A DNA stretch of 64,000 nt from an uncultured virus (IMG/VR IMGVR_UViG_3300032093_000023) (IMGVR_UViG_3300032093_000023), one strand, 5' to 3'; shown: positions 21,101-31,017, counted from the stretch's first letter. The notes: generated by a model not told the origin, from the letters alone. A program made the numbers and translations.

Positions 21101-23061
21101 ACGTATGGATTTTTAAATCCTGGAACTCCTTGAATAGGGTATGTTTGATTTTCAGAATCTGTAGTAATACTAGGAGCTACAAAGTCAAGTAAATCTTGAG
21201 GAATTGTCATACCTGAAATACCACCTGTACTTTCTGGTTGATTGCTAAATGGTGGAATAACTTCTGGATTAATTAAATAATCTCCTGAATCTCCTTTAGT
21301 CACATTTAAGTCAGAGATTTTTATAGTTTCAGTACCAAATTCATAAGATATAAATCTACCTTTACCGCCTAATACTGATGTACCAGGTTTATAGAAACAA
21401 GCATTAGATGATTCATCACCATTAGTATCATAATACTCATTAATACAATCTTCTGTTTGAGGTAAAGCTTGAGCTTGAGTAGATGTATGTTGTGTAGGTG
21501 CAATACCATTGTTAGATAAATAAATATCATCAGCACCTGATGTCTTAGCTCTAAAAGCTCTAGCATCAAATATTGCACTAATATCTGATTGTGTAGTATA
21601 TTTAACATTACCCCAGAATAATCTATTATCTTTAGTATCTACTGTTTTAGCATGTGTAAATCCTGTAGCTAAATTTAAAAACTCATCTAGTTCAATAGTA
21701 GCATAGGTTGATAAATCTGTTATTGTAATATAGTTATCTACTAATAATCCAATACTAATTTCAGGTTTAACGTAAATTAATGGTATCTCAGTTTTAGAAG
21801 TTCTACGCAAAATAACATATTCTATAGTATCGTAAGATGTATCCAGGTTAGATACTTTCCAAGTAATACTTCTTAATGAAGCTCCCCCATTTCCTTCATA
21901 TACTTTATAATTAGCATTAGATGTGTCATTAGGGTTTTCATTAATTATATGTACCATATTAGATGTTTGAGAATAATTAGTAACAGCTCCTGCTGCTTTC
22001 TTTAATCTATAACATAATTCATAAGTACCTGCAGATAAATTACCAGCACCAATATTATCAAGTAAAGGTACTTCAAAAGATACTGATGGAAATACATATA
22101 ATTGTGCGGGATTCATAGCCATCAATTGAGGCTGTGCAACATTTATATTTCTAATCTTATTGTAAAAATCTGTCCAATAAATACGTTGAATATTTGATGA
22201 TTCATATCTACCTAAAATAGCACTAGGTGCAATAGGATGATATTTAGTAAAATCTATATTATTAGAATATATTAAAGTTAATGTACCAGCTTTAGTAATA
22301 TCATCAATATTTAATTTCCATATAGCACCTCCGTGTCCAAATGTATCATTACCAGGTAATTCACCAGCTACACCAGCAGGACCATATGTCCCATCATCTG
22401 GAGCAGTTAATATATAAATATCATCTAATATAAATGTAGAACCAATTGGAATTATATCATCACTTAATACTTTTGACACATAAGGTTTTGTAGTATTTTG
22501 AGTTAATGAAGGTGATACTTTATCACTATTAATAAATTTAAATACTGCTTTTGTACCTCCTGTAGATGCGGAATAAGATATACTTATTATAGTAGGTACT
22601 GAAGCTACAGGAGAACATCCTGAATAAACTGGTTGACTATAAAATACTACATAATCATCTTCATAAGCAACACTAAATGTTTTAGTAGCTACAGTAGTCC
22701 CTGTATACTGATAACAATTAGGATAATTTTTTATTATATAATTATATAAATCAATACCTTGAGTACTATTAGAAATCTCTAAAGTACCAACAGTTGTACT
22801 ATTTATAGTAATTGTAGCTACATTTTTTGTATCATTTGGTGCTACATCTGTACCTTTAATTAATTGTAATTTATATACTGCTTGTAAATCAGGAAATGTT
22901 ATAGCACATTGGTTACCTTTAATATTAACTAGTGCCCCATTAGATCCACCAGCTTCAGTTAAAGCTCTAAAATTTAAAGCTTGTAAATATGTATCTTTAG
23001 ATTGTACCTGTTTAGATAAATCTGAAGACATACCGTTTGAAAATGTGTTAATACTTTCCAT
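18139..23061 (-). CDS. Tail muzzle/stabilisation protein (crAss gp44 / P22 gp10-like)
   Basis: Starts NTFSNGMSSDLS...YLQALNFR; contains RIYWTDFYNKIR, KDNRLFWGN, YRLGIQFFD and YDVEGNYGQI; ends ERIRDKW. 1640 aa, beta-rich. Confidence 0.85.
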   Translation of the reverse strand: MESINTFSNGMSSDLSKQVQSKDTYLQALNFRALTEAGGSNGALVNIKGNQCAITFPDLQAVYKLQLIKGTDVAPNDTKNVATITINSTTVGTLEISNSTQGIDLYNYIIKNYPNCYQYTGTTVATKTFSVAYEDDYVVFYSQPVYSGCSPVASVPTIISISYSASTGGTKAVFKFINSDKVSPSLTQNTTKPYVSKVLSDDIIPIGSTFILDDIYILTAPDDGTYGPAGVAGELPGNDTFGHGGAIWKLNIDDITKAGTLTLIYSNNIDFTKYHPIAPSAILGRYESSNIQRIYWTDFYNKIRNINVAQPQLMAMNPAQLYVFPSVSFEVPLLDNIGAGNLSAGTYELCYRLKKAAGAVTNYSQTSNMVHIINENPNDTSNANYKVYEGNGGASLRSITWKVSNLDTSYDTIEYVILRRTSKTEIPLIYVKPEISIGLLVDNYITITDLSTYATIELDEFLNLATGFTHAKTVDTKDNRLFWGNVKYTTQSDISAIFDARAFRAKTSGADDIYLSNNGIAPTQHTSTQAQALPQTEDCINEYYDTNGDESSNACFYKPGTSVLGGKGRFISYEFGTETIKISDLNVTKGDSGDYLINPEVIPPFSNQPESTGGISGMTIPQDLLDFVAPSITTDSENQTYPIQGVPGFKNPYVTSVMKGFQQEEIYRLGIQFFDLQGNPFFTEWIGDIKMPSTGDTNSNPSTIAQTTGITDFRNSFEYNDNIYGQILYIKFTIDISTIKDFIGGYQIVRVERTESDKTILGCGIITQPRQPSDGPIVLGGGFHYKAVPGFMVLLGATTTATIYMPNPSQRAIETLCPDYTVASGDGETGIGQKVMTFDSFDLLLNGYNYRNGDKLLIRSRVKAINRSRARSGVANPRYRLGFDNLEDWLNNEGTNGPAGSGIKTRGTIPPSNNGIPGNPHGFVGGNGSFGPLPCFNTACGKFQTAYDSDEMPYYLLFYVEEAVHASTALTNYDITEGSMVAGGNNSVTVGGYTLYNHMKSFGNPGLAIYPSGTSTSDVPGWGCKTVAVCLANNLDTSISGIGKTTADTEGNKLIALYYRPNLNQYGGNTYAARTNSIYIPCGSFVPLKRINETLKNNLVLDINCFGGDIHMNYWDLQKISKNLGNAPKFAYYPYESTFTDDPGNVALGFPSKVATCKFNISVSYLFPCTNQNNQAMRFGEHIDTQLTNNLYSSEDQYGYPTYHSNEKNVVTFFPKPLNFQVNDVWRNRVFFSEIKFDNEIEDSWSKYLTNNFYDVEGNYGQIMALVSLKEKMYYLQERGIGELLINPVSMINDSAGTSIKLGNGTDSQVIQKHFYKAIDTGTSHQWSVYRSQSAISFVDARHKKIYTFNGEGVSPISDIKGQRNFVIKRLHDDILKHDNPIINKGILTTYDYYHNEFLYTFLNMPDTIFEKVTKQELLTLAYSEVLAAFTGMYNFTPNLYINSNKYLLSTNRDNKVWFHNYGPYGNFYNVQYPSTLKILLNEQPLLTKVLDNLTWMSEAIDDNLEFNDDLNVYPGSPSEPSLDFISYPDDVNKPFETFSKVRVYNQYQNTDWVNLTIAPDSNLRKVEQGFNLQVPRNKFNYNTTTPSTASLFDPGKLTKTTFGERIRDKWMMIDLYYNNSPNVRFIIHNLKSIFRVSDR

Positions 23062-23062
23062 A

Positions 23063-23764
23063 TTATCTTAAGTTTCTACGTTCATGATTTTCCATATGTC
23101 TAAATCCTGAAGCATAACCGTGAGGTTTAGGGATTAGACGTACCCAAGTTTTCTGTATTCTATCGTACATTGCAGCATCAGGCATATTTGCTGAACCTCT
23201 AGCACTGTTTACATAGAAATACCAATCCTTCTCTGACATTCTAAATACAACTTCAGGAATTAATCCTTTTCTAAACTGTATCTTGTCTAACATATAAGTT
23301 ACATAGGCCTTTAAAGCTTTATCAAAATATACATCATCTGGAACTAATGGATACCCATCTTCATCTACTGGAACACCTAAATACACTATACATAATTCTC
23401 CAGTTTCTAATGAAGTATTTAAATATCCATCTGATATGTAGAAATTATAATCTGTACAACAAGTTGGCAATTGATTACATTCTGGACATTGATAGTTATT
23501 AGCTGCAGACTTAGTAGACCAAGATAATGGTTTACCATTGTGAGTAATATCTTTCATATAAACAAAACTACAAGGTAGTTCTACTCTATGATTAACTACA
23601 GATAATGTAGTAGCTATTTCTTCCATCTGAGCATATGAACCTATCATGTTTAATGCTTCAGAAATCCATTCTACGATTGATGGCTCACTAAGTTCTACAT
23701 TGATGTCTAAATCCCTATATAGACCAGCTATAATGGATTTCATTGATTTAAATCTTGTTATCAT
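23063..23764 (-). CDS. Tail ring/tubular protein (crAss-like)
   Basis: IVEWISEALNMIG...YLGVPVDEDGYPLVPD...WYFYVNSARG; adjacent to the muzzle gene. Confidence 0.75.
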   Translation of the reverse strand: MITRFKSMKSIIAGLYRDLDINVELSEPSIVEWISEALNMIGSYAQMEEIATTLSVVNHRVELPCSFVYMKDITHNGKPLSWSTKSAANNYQCPECNQLPTCCTDYNFYISDGYLNTSLETGELCIVYLGVPVDEDGYPLVPDDVYFDKALKAYVTYMLDKIQFRKGLIPEVVFRMSEKDWYFYVNSARGSANMPDAAMYDRIQKTWVRLIPKPHGYASGFRHMENHERRNLR

Positions 23765-24255
23765 AGTTGTAATCTTGCTAATTCTGAATAATAATCAAAC
23801 CCTGGACTTTGTTTTAAATGTATAGGAATAGCTCTTGAAGCTTCTCTACAAGGTTGAAATTTATAATACTTTTTACCAGTAAGTTTTAGTTTAGACTTAT
23901 CCCACTTCCATTTATATCTAAATGGTTGGTCATAATAAACTAACATACCTTGTTTCTTAGACTCACCATAATTTACTCTCCATCCTTTAATATTCTCAAT
24001 ATCAAAGTCTACATCATATTTTATGATACCTAAGTAACCTAAGTTATAAGGCATTTTAAAAGAAGCTGCGTCTTCTACTATTTTACGTTGAAGTGCTTTA
24101 TTAAAAGCTCTAACAACTTTATAGTATACTGCATAATCTACAGGTATTCTTTTATTGTTAAAAGATGCTCTACAATAATCTTTGTAAAAATCTTTAGTTG
24201 ATAAGTCTTTAGTAAATTTTCCTTTAGTTCTTTTAGTAGCCTTAAATTCTATCAT
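23761..24255 (-). CDS. HU/IHF-like DNA-binding protein (crAss-type)
   Basis: Basic; FKMPYNLGYLGI...YKWKW...YKFQPCR; conserved position between the ring genes. Confidence 0.7.
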   Translation of the reverse strand: MIEFKATKRTKGKFTKDLSTKDFYKDYCRASFNNKRIPVDYAVYYKVVRAFNKALQRKIVEDAASFKMPYNLGYLGIIKYDVDFDIENIKGWRVNYGESKKQGMLVYYDQPFRYKWKWDKSKLKLTGKKYYKFQPCREASRAIPIHLKQSPGFDYYSELARLQL

Positions 24256-24932
24256 TTCTTACCTATCTGGTTTTGAGATAATGCATCATTACTTGTATCA
24301 TGTGGCATTTGTAAGAATGGCATTACTTTAGTTTGCATAATAATATTAGTAATATCATTGGCCATCTTTAATGAACAAGGATATTTACTATCCCAAGAGA
24401 AACATGCTAATCCACCACATGTAGATAAACCTGCTAAATCTTCAGGATTCTCAAAGATAGCAAATATATTTACATGTTCCAAAAGTAATTCTGAAGTTAT
24501 GTATAAATAACCATCTCTTAAATACCATTGACTCTTCTTACTCGTATACTTATTATATCTATTATACTTAGCTTCAAATATATTAGACTTAGGTATAATA
24601 TCACCCATAGGATTAGTTACTCTAAGAATAAAATTATCTCCAGCTGTTTCAATAGTATTAGGAATTCTAACTTTAGTCTTTAAGATATAACAATCAGTAG
24701 TTATAAAACAGCATTCTGAGGCATCTACAAGTTCCAATTCCATACAGGATAAATCCTGTACCCAAGTATCTGTAATGTCCTGACGTTTAGCAATAGCTTG
24801 TGATATGAGCATAGCTCTAATCTCTGCAAACCAAAAAGCTATTTGTTTATCTGTAATTCTAAATGAATAGTTATTTTTACCAGAATCTGCGATATTACGC
24901 ACATCCGCCACTCCATGTCTCAGTGTAAACAT
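24252..24932 (-). CDS. Tail ring/tubular protein (crAss-like)
   Basis: QIAFWFAEIRAMLI...CMELELVD..ECC...WYLRDGYLY...AIFENPED...YP. Confidence 0.75.
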   Translation of the reverse strand: MFTLRHGVADVRNIADSGKNNYSFRITDKQIAFWFAEIRAMLISQAIAKRQDITDTWVQDLSCMELELVDASECCFITTDCYILKTKVRIPNTIETAGDNFILRVTNPMGDIIPKSNIFEAKYNRYNKYTSKKSQWYLRDGYLYITSELLLEHVNIFAIFENPEDLAGLSTCGGLACFSWDSKYPCSLKMANDITNIIMQTKVMPFLQMPHDTSNDALSQNQIGKK

Positions 24933-24934
24933 AA

Positions 24935-25522
24935 TTATTTCTTTCTTTTCTTAGGTGTCCAACCAAATATTCTATATTTAAATCCAATAATAGGTTGTTT
25001 ATTAAATGGATCATACCCTAACATATAGGTACTTTTATCAATTGATACTTCAGCTACTGGGGCAAACATTCTAGGACTTACTACAATACCTCCATGTATT
25101 TCATATTTATAAGGTCTATAAACTAAACTATCTATTTTAACTACTGTACAATCTTTAATCATTAAAGGTACTTTTAACTTAACGTTTAAAAGCATACCTT
25201 TTAATTCACCTTGAACCGTTACATTGGAATAAATATCATACTCTTTTTTTTTAAAAGTATCTGTGTAACTTAATAATCTATTACAGTCTACATTTGGAGA
25301 TAAAGGTTCTTTCCAAAAAGTGTCTACCCTTGATTTACTTGGATACCATCTATCAGAATAGATTGTATCTTTTGGAAAAATAGTATCTCTATAGTGCCAT
25401 TCATGCTGAATAATAGTTTCTGGTTTAGGAGTAACGGAACAAGATTTACCTACAAAGAATATTATAATCATTGCAAATACTGCTAATATAAATTCTAAAA
25501 CACTTTTCATATTATTCTCCAC
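24935..25522 (-). CDS. Putative spanin (lipoprotein-like)
   Basis: N-terminal hydrophobic segment ending GKSC, DT-rich linker and C-terminal beta strands; follows the holin. Confidence 0.55.
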   Translation of the reverse strand: MENNMKSVLEFILAVFAMIIIFFVGKSCSVTPKPETIIQHEWHYRDTIFPKDTIYSDRWYPSKSRVDTFWKEPLSPNVDCNRLLSYTDTFKKKEYDIYSNVTVQGELKGMLLNVKLKVPLMIKDCTVVKIDSLVYRPYKYEIHGGIVVSPRMFAPVAEVSIDKSTYMLGYDPFNKQPIIGFKYRIFGWTPKKRKK

Positions 25523-25709
25523 CTTTTAATTTTAAAGTAGATTTATAACCACCAGCTGCAATGAATGCAGATAATACTAATTTAGGCCATTCTTTCTTAA
25601 TATCAAATGTACTAAAATCAATGGTCATCCATGCTGATGCAATAGCCATTGCTACTCCCATAAATGTTGCTCCGTGGTCTGAAAACCAATCTAATCTTTT
25701 CTTTGTCAT
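25512..25709 (-). CDS. Putative holin
   Basis: 65 aa with two hydrophobic segments, between the endolysin and spanin candidates. Confidence 0.6.
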   Translation of the reverse strand: MTKKRLDWFSDHGATFMGVAMAIASAWMTIDFSTFDIKKEWPKLVLSAFIAAGGYKSTLKLKGGE

Positions 25710-25712
25710 AAT

Positions 25713-26261
25713 TTATAAAGGTTCTTTAAGTAACGTATAACTAAAATCTTTTAATCCAGATGCTTTACATCTTTCTATTAAATAATTAAAATCTTTAGGA
25801 TTGTTTAATACTTGACAACCTGCTGACCATTTATCTATAATACTAGATATAACTGAGGGATTGGCTCTATGAATATTAATACCAAATAATCCAGTATCTA
25901 CAGCAGCAGTTTCCTCAGCAAAGTTATCTTTATCTGAATCTCTGTAAACAGTAACTGGTTTACGTTGACATAATGCTAAGTATTTACCTTGATGAAGATC
26001 TAACTTCCAAGTATCTAAATATTGATTAGGTTTAAGTAATGCTGCACCTTTAGGATTTAACAAGTTTTTTAACCAATGTAATCCTGGATTAGTAGTTCCT
26101 GTAAACCAAGTAATTCTATCTGCTTCAAATAATCCTATTAAGTCATCAAACTTATTAGGGGCATCAGCTTTAGATCTAATTCCTATAATGTGAAAAGGTA
26201 ACCATTTGTAACCTAATCTATTGAACTCTGTTTTAAGTTCTTGTGTTGTAAGTTGTTTCAT
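25713..26261 (-). CDS. Endolysin (L,D-peptidase/YkuD-like fold)
   Basis: GINIHRA...WSAGCQV His/Cys motif plus TTNPG; sits in the lysis cassette. Confidence 0.7.
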   Translation of the reverse strand: MKQLTTQELKTEFNRLGYKWLPFHIIGIRSKADAPNKFDDLIGLFEADRITWFTGTTNPGLHWLKNLLNPKGAALLKPNQYLDTWKLDLHQGKYLALCQRKPVTVYRDSDKDNFAEETAAVDTGLFGINIHRANPSVISSIIDKWSAGCQVLNNPKDFNYLIERCKASGLKDFSYTLLKEPL

Positions 26262-26602
26262 TAATCAAATTTTTTAGCTAAATACGCTTTCATTATAATA
26301 TACGCTGAAAATCCATCAAATGAATAAATACCTTTATCTCTTAAAGCATTAAAATCATTTAATGAACCTTTCCAATAATCATATTCACCAATACCATCTA
26401 AGTTAACATCATTACTTAATGTAATTAATATTACATCTTTAGTTAAAATATTAGTACCAATAAATTCATTGGTATCTTTATTATAATAATTTAAATTACA
26501 ATCTAACAAAATAGTTTTATTAAGCTTATTATCAACAAATTTAATAAATTCTATCTCTCTTTTAAGTCCAGTTTTAGGACAAATATCTTCTTTAATTATC
26601 AT
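26261..26602 (-). CDS. Hypothetical protein (possible fibre chaperone)
   Basis: 113 aa, coupled by TAATG overlaps on both sides, directly after a fibre-like gene. Confidence 0.55.
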   Translation of the reverse strand: MIIKEDICPKTGLKREIEFIKFVDNKLNKTILLDCNLNYYNKDTNEFIGTNILTKDVILITLSNDVNLDGIGEYDYWKGSLNDFNALRDKGIYSFDGFSAYIIMKAYLAKKFD

Positions 26603-28074
26603 TACTCGTGATATAAGTTAGGTGAAATTACAAACTGTAATACTTGTGAAGCTGTTGCCGCACCTGATAATATCTTACCCATCACACCAACAAATTCACC
26701 TGGATTAACAATAATAGGCGCTTCAAAATCAAATTGTACAGATGTACCTTGTTGACCTACAACAGCGGATACAGGAATACTAACAACACCAATAGGTTGT
26801 GGTCTTCTAATTTTAGTTGTATTATTAACAAAAGAACCTGCCTCAGTAGTTGCTAAAGAAGCTGCTGTTGAACCCCATGCTAACGCCAACGCAATAGTTG
26901 TAGGTACAGTTGCAGAGTTAGCTGCACCGGCATTTACTATATCAACTCTAATACCTCTAATGTGCATTACTCTACCAGTTTGATTGACACCTCCTAATGG
27001 ATTTTGATAACTAGATATAATAACATCAGTTGCAGATGTAGCAGCAGCATTCATTTGAAATATACCACCTAAGAAAGCTCCTAGTGCAGCAGTAGTATTA
27101 GTTGCAGCAGCAGCAGTTGGTAAAGTTGTATTAGCCCATTGTATTTGTTGCGCTCCATTTGTAAATGTACCACCATCTAATGTTTGTAATCCTAATCCTG
27201 AACTAGCTAATTGACCAGCCCATGTTTTATTAGTTGCAATATCCATTAAAGTTACAGTAACATCTCCAACTTTAAATATCATATTTGGAGATGAACCAAC
27301 TGTACCAGAATTATATTTTTGTATAAATACTGGTAAAGATGTAGATAAAAAAGCTTGTCCTTGACCAACAGGTATCATTTGCTCCCCATATAATACATCA
27401 TCAATCCAATATTCTATTTCTCGTTCTCCTACAACTATACTATATTTTGTATTTGTATTTAAAGGAAAATTAGTTATAGTTGTTTCTAATGCTTGTTTAG
27501 TGGTAGTTCCAGAGTTATATCTAATACATCCATATAAGCCAGCACTTGTAAATTCAAACCATACACCATCCACAGGTTCAGCAGCTCCAGTAGCTACACC
27601 TAATCCTGCTTGGAAAACTTCATTAGCAGTTGGATAAGCTGTAAACGCCCCTGTAATTTCAGCGCAAACTGGCGCAGTTCCTATTAATGGAAAATACCTC
27701 CATGTTTGTAAATACGCAAAGTTACCTGAAACTGTTGATGTACCAGCAGCATTTACATTTAAGAAACCTGCTGATTGTGTCATTGTCATAGTAGTAAATG
27801 AATGCTTCCATACACCTGTATTTTGAGTAGTAGCGTTAAATGTAGCACTAAACAAAACTGTATCCATACCTACACGACTTCTAAAATCTTGTGATACTTC
27901 TTGAGATTTTAGATAAGCTTCACCTGTTTTAGAACCAGGGTCATTCTCACTAAAAGCTCTTACGGCACCTACATTACCTGGATTTGTAGCTACATCTGTT
28001 TCTGTTACTACTTTAGCAGCATTAAAACTATTTACTTCTTGTTCGTATATTGAACCTATTATTCTTACGCTCAT
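26602..28074 (-). CDS. Beta-rich spike/receptor-binding-like protein
   Basis: Thr/Ala/Gly-rich beta strands and a lectin-like segment (DGVWFEF...YSIVVG...YWIDD). Confidence 0.55.
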   Translation of the reverse strand: MSVRIIGSIYEQEVNSFNAAKVVTETDVATNPGNVGAVRAFSENDPGSKTGEAYLKSQEVSQDFRSRVGMDTVLFSATFNATTQNTGVWKHSFTTMTMTQSAGFLNVNAAGTSTVSGNFAYLQTWRYFPLIGTAPVCAEITGAFTAYPTANEVFQAGLGVATGAAEPVDGVWFEFTSAGLYGCIRYNSGTTTKQALETTITNFPLNTNTKYSIVVGEREIEYWIDDVLYGEQMIPVGQGQAFLSTSLPVFIQKYNSGTVGSSPNMIFKVGDVTVTLMDIATNKTWAGQLASSGLGLQTLDGGTFTNGAQQIQWANTTLPTAAAATNTTAALGAFLGGIFQMNAAATSATDVIISSYQNPLGGVNQTGRVMHIRGIRVDIVNAGAANSATVPTTIALALAWGSTAASLATTEAGSFVNNTTKIRRPQPIGVVSIPVSAVVGQQGTSVQFDFEAPIIVNPGEFVGVMGKILSGAATASQVLQFVISPNLYHE

Positions 28075-28850
28075 GATATTATTTCTTGATAATTTATTTT
28101 ATATCGACCCCACGTTCTATTATTAGCAACTGCTATAATATTAAAGCTTACGTTTGGGATTATGTTATATGCGGATGCTGTAATGTTTTCTAAATAAGCG
28201 TCTTCTCCTGTATGGTCAACACCATCGTTTTCAACAAAACATACTATTTTAGAAGATGCCGTTACCCACAATGCTGGTATTGTAGTAATAACCACATCAT
28301 TTTCTGATAATACGCCAAATTTACCAAAATTAATATTTATAGTTCCTGACTGTAAATCTAATTTGGTAATAATACTAGACTGAGTTTCATCTCCTGTATT
28401 AGAACCACTTAAAGTAGTAATGCCTAATTTAGCTTTTATGGTAGCGTTTGTTTCGTCACCAGTATTTATACCACTTGTGTTTCCTAATACAGTTAATTCG
28501 GCATCGGTAACAAATCTTTTATTTGTACTATCTGTAATATTTGCAGTTGTCGAAGTATCTAAATTAACTACATTTGATAACCCCACATCACTTTTAGTCA
28601 ATCCTAAAGCAGTTTTTAAAGCGTTATAGGCTTTTAAAAACCATCCACCACCATCGGTAGCTAAAACTCCACTTCCAGCCGAATTAATTGCAGCTATTGT
28701 TGTTAAATCAGAATCTAATGGTTGCTTATTTGCTAAACTTGGAACTGTTGGATTTGGGTACGTACCAGATAAATCACCACCAGCAGGTCCAGTAGGACTG
28801 CCACCGCCACCGCCTCCACTACCACTTGACTGAAAACCAAAATCTTCCAT
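28071..28850 (-). CDS. Fibre/spike protein with N-terminal poly-Gly hinge
   Basis: GSGGGGGGS followed by fibre modules AGGDLSGTYPNP, KQPLDSDLT, DVGLSNV and SGxNTGDE repeats. Confidence 0.65.
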   Translation of the reverse strand: MEDFGFQSSGSGGGGGGSPTGPAGGDLSGTYPNPTVPSLANKQPLDSDLTTIAAINSAGSGVLATDGGGWFLKAYNALKTALGLTKSDVGLSNVVNLDTSTTANITDSTNKRFVTDAELTVLGNTSGINTGDETNATIKAKLGITTLSGSNTGDETQSSIITKLDLQSGTININFGKFGVLSENDVVITTIPALWVTASSKIVCFVENDGVDHTGEDAYLENITASAYNIIPNVSFNIIAVANNRTWGRYKINYQEIIS

Positions 28851-28902
28851 TTATTTTTTTAATTAATTTACAAATATATTAATTTATTATATCACTTTTA
28901 AC

Positions 28903-29166
28903 TTATCTTGCGATAATCTGTATTGTTCCTGTTGTTGTTAATGTTATTCCATCAAGTATTGTTTGCCAATCTCCAATAGTTACAGCGGTTCCTATAATTA
29001 AATTTAATGGTTGAGATTGCAAAGTCCCTGCTTGTAAATTTCCTGAATAAGTACCTGTACCTGATGTTAATAATACAGATAGTTTCCTTAATCCAAAAGA
29101 TTCATCAATGGTTAAAGAACCATTAATTACGTTATAAGTCCATGTTTTTGCTACTATTGTTGACAT
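28903..29166 (-). CDS. Small all-beta protein (penton/vertex candidate)
   Basis: 87 aa with an alternating hydrophobic beta pattern, flanked by spike genes. Function inferred only. Confidence 0.5.
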   Translation of the reverse strand: MSTIVAKTWTYNVINGSLTIDESFGLRKLSVLLTSGTGTYSGNLQAGTLQSQPLNLIIGTAVTIGDWQTILDGITLTTTGTIQIIAR

Positions 29167-29198
29167 TTTTTATTATTTATTTTAAAGGATATTTTTGA

Positions 29199-30734
29199 CT
29201 ATTTACTTATAACTAATGTATATGATATAGCAAAAAACCATCTCAAGTTACCTGATATACCTACGCATTCAATTTGAAGACAATCATTTACATTATCTGC
29301 TGTTACAGTAACACTCGTTGCAGCTAAACTCACGTCTCCGTTTGTTGAAGTCATCGTGAATGCTCCAACTAAAGATGTTATACCTGATATATTCTTTATT
29401 AATCCTCCTCCTGAAAATTCTTTAGCGTCACCGCTTAAAGGATTTACCAAAACACATTCTAATTTAATTTTATAAACAGTGTTATTAGGTATAAAAATAT
29501 CTGACGCATCTTGTATATTCAATATGAAAGGATTGGCGTTGGTGGAATATGCAGAGGCACTCATAATTCCATATTGACCTGAAGTTCCATTATGAGACCT
29601 ACACCATTCACCAAAATGTTGTGAAATAGAGAATATTCCACCAGCGTGACTTGCCATACTATAAGCCTTACTCTCAATACCTTCTGCGTGTGAACCGCCG
29701 CCACCTGCAAATGTTTCTTTTCCTTCCGCATGACTTGAAAATCCTGTTGCTTTTGATAAAGCACCCTCAGAGTGAGTTCCGTTTCCGCTATCTGAAACTA
29801 AAATTGCATTTACATTAGCTGTATTTAAGTTGTTATAATTAGCTACATAATCGCCACTATTGATTTTAGGGTCAACTACATTTGAGTTTATTTGTGATAA
29901 GGTAATCGTAAAGTTTGGTGCTAAATAAGATTGAGCTATAATATTATAAATTTTATTGCTTTCAGCGTTGCCTAATACGACATACGAGAATGTTCCAAAC
30001 TCACTAGATAAATCACCTATTCCACTAATTGTAACTACACCATTAATAACGCTTGTAGTCAAAAAGCCTTTCCAACCTGCTCTTGTATTTAGTCCTTCAG
30101 AGTGTGTATAACTAGCTATAGCGATACTATCACTTCCTTCTGCGTGACTCGCTTCGCCACCAGCAGTTGTATTCAAACCTTCTGCGTGACTTACTTCACC
30201 GCTAGATATTGTGTTATTACCTTCAGCGTGTGAATAACTACCACTAGCTATCGTATCACCACCTTCTGCGCGACTCGCTTCGCCACTAGCAGTTGTATTC
30301 AAACCTTCTGCTACAGCAAAATCGCCTGTCGCATCAAGTGCGCTATTGTTGTTTGCTTTAATAGAGTAAAGACCACTTCCTGTTGTCCAATTTTGTGAAC
30401 CACTAAATGATTCAGGCTCTCTAACTACAAACCATTCATTTTGATTAGCAATAGAGCATTTAGCCGTACCGCCATTTTGAGTAATTGGAATGCTACTTGT
30501 ACTATTTACAATATTATCAGCAGCTACAATAATAATGTTATTTACGGAAGCATTATTAGAAATATCATTAATGATAAATCCTTTAGCTGTTCCGTAATAA
30601 CCACTACTTAAAATATTAGGCAATATTATAGTAACTGCATTTACCGAAGTATCTACATTTATTGTTCCATCATTATTATCTACAACGTACTCTGTTACGC
30701 CTGTAATGTATTTTATATTTCCTATTACTTCCAC
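29199..30734 (-). CDS. Spike/adhesin with YadA-head-like SHAEG repeats
   Basis: About 10 copies of a 14-aa repeat (ASGxxSHAEGxxT). N-terminal domain shared with 35913-37184. GTG start. Confidence 0.75.
   Translation of the reverse strand: MEVIGNIKYITGVTEYVVDNNDGTINVDTSVNAVTIILPNILSSGYYGTAKGFIINDISNNASVNNIIIVAADNIVNSTSSIPITQNGGTAKCSIANQNEWFVVREPESFSGSQNWTTGSGLYSIKANNNSALDATGDFAVAEGLNTTASGEASRAEGGDTIASGSYSHAEGNNTISSGEVSHAEGLNTTAGGEASHAEGSDSIAIASYTHSEGLNTRAGWKGFLTTSVINGVVTISGIGDLSSEFGTFSYVVLGNAESNKIYNIIAQSYLAPNFTITLSQINSNVVDPKINSGDYVANYNNLNTANVNAILVSDSGNGTHSEGALSKATGFSSHAEGKETFAGGGGSHAEGIESKAYSMASHAGGIFSISQHFGEWCRSHNGTSGQYGIMSASAYSTNANPFILNIQDASDIFIPNNTVYKIKLECVLVNPLSGDAKEFSGGGLIKNISGITSLVGAFTMTSTNGDVSLAATSVTVTADNVNDCLQIECVGISGNLRWFFAISYTLVISK
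30080..30312. repeat. 42-bp-period coding tandem repeat (SHAEG)
   Basis: ccttctgcg recurs; 30136-30186 is nearly identical to 30262-30312, 126 bp apart. Confidence 0.8.
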
Positions 30735-30768
30735 TTTATTTTTTAATTTTTAAAGCAGAAAAGTTGTA

Positions 30769-31017
30769 TTATTTTTCTTTACCAACTATCTCTGCTACTG
30801 TTATTTCTCTAACGTGAACAGGCTTTTTATCAATGTATTGAAAAATATCACATCTAAAATTAAAATCTCCGTCTATTGGCTTAATCATAATGAAAAAATC
30901 ACCAAAAGGCTTATTTAATTCTGTTGCTACTTTTTCTAAGGTATCTTGAATCGTATCTTTTGTGATACTTTCTTTATCCATACCCCCCATTAAACCACCT
31001 AATAAATCTCCTAACAT
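30769..31017 (-). CDS. Hypothetical protein
   Basis: 82-aa ORF in the operon with an A-rich leader. Confidence 0.6.
   Translation of the reverse strand: MLGDLLGGLMGGMDKESITKDTIQDTLEKVATELNKPFGDFFIMIKPIDGDFNFRCDIFQYIDKKPVHVREITVAEIVGKEK

Noticed and set aside
30080..30312. Periodic repeats as a CRISPR array or DGR template/variable repeat
   Set aside because: The 42-bp period is in frame and encodes SHAEG adhesin repeats. There are no unique spacers, and no cas or reverse transcriptase gene.
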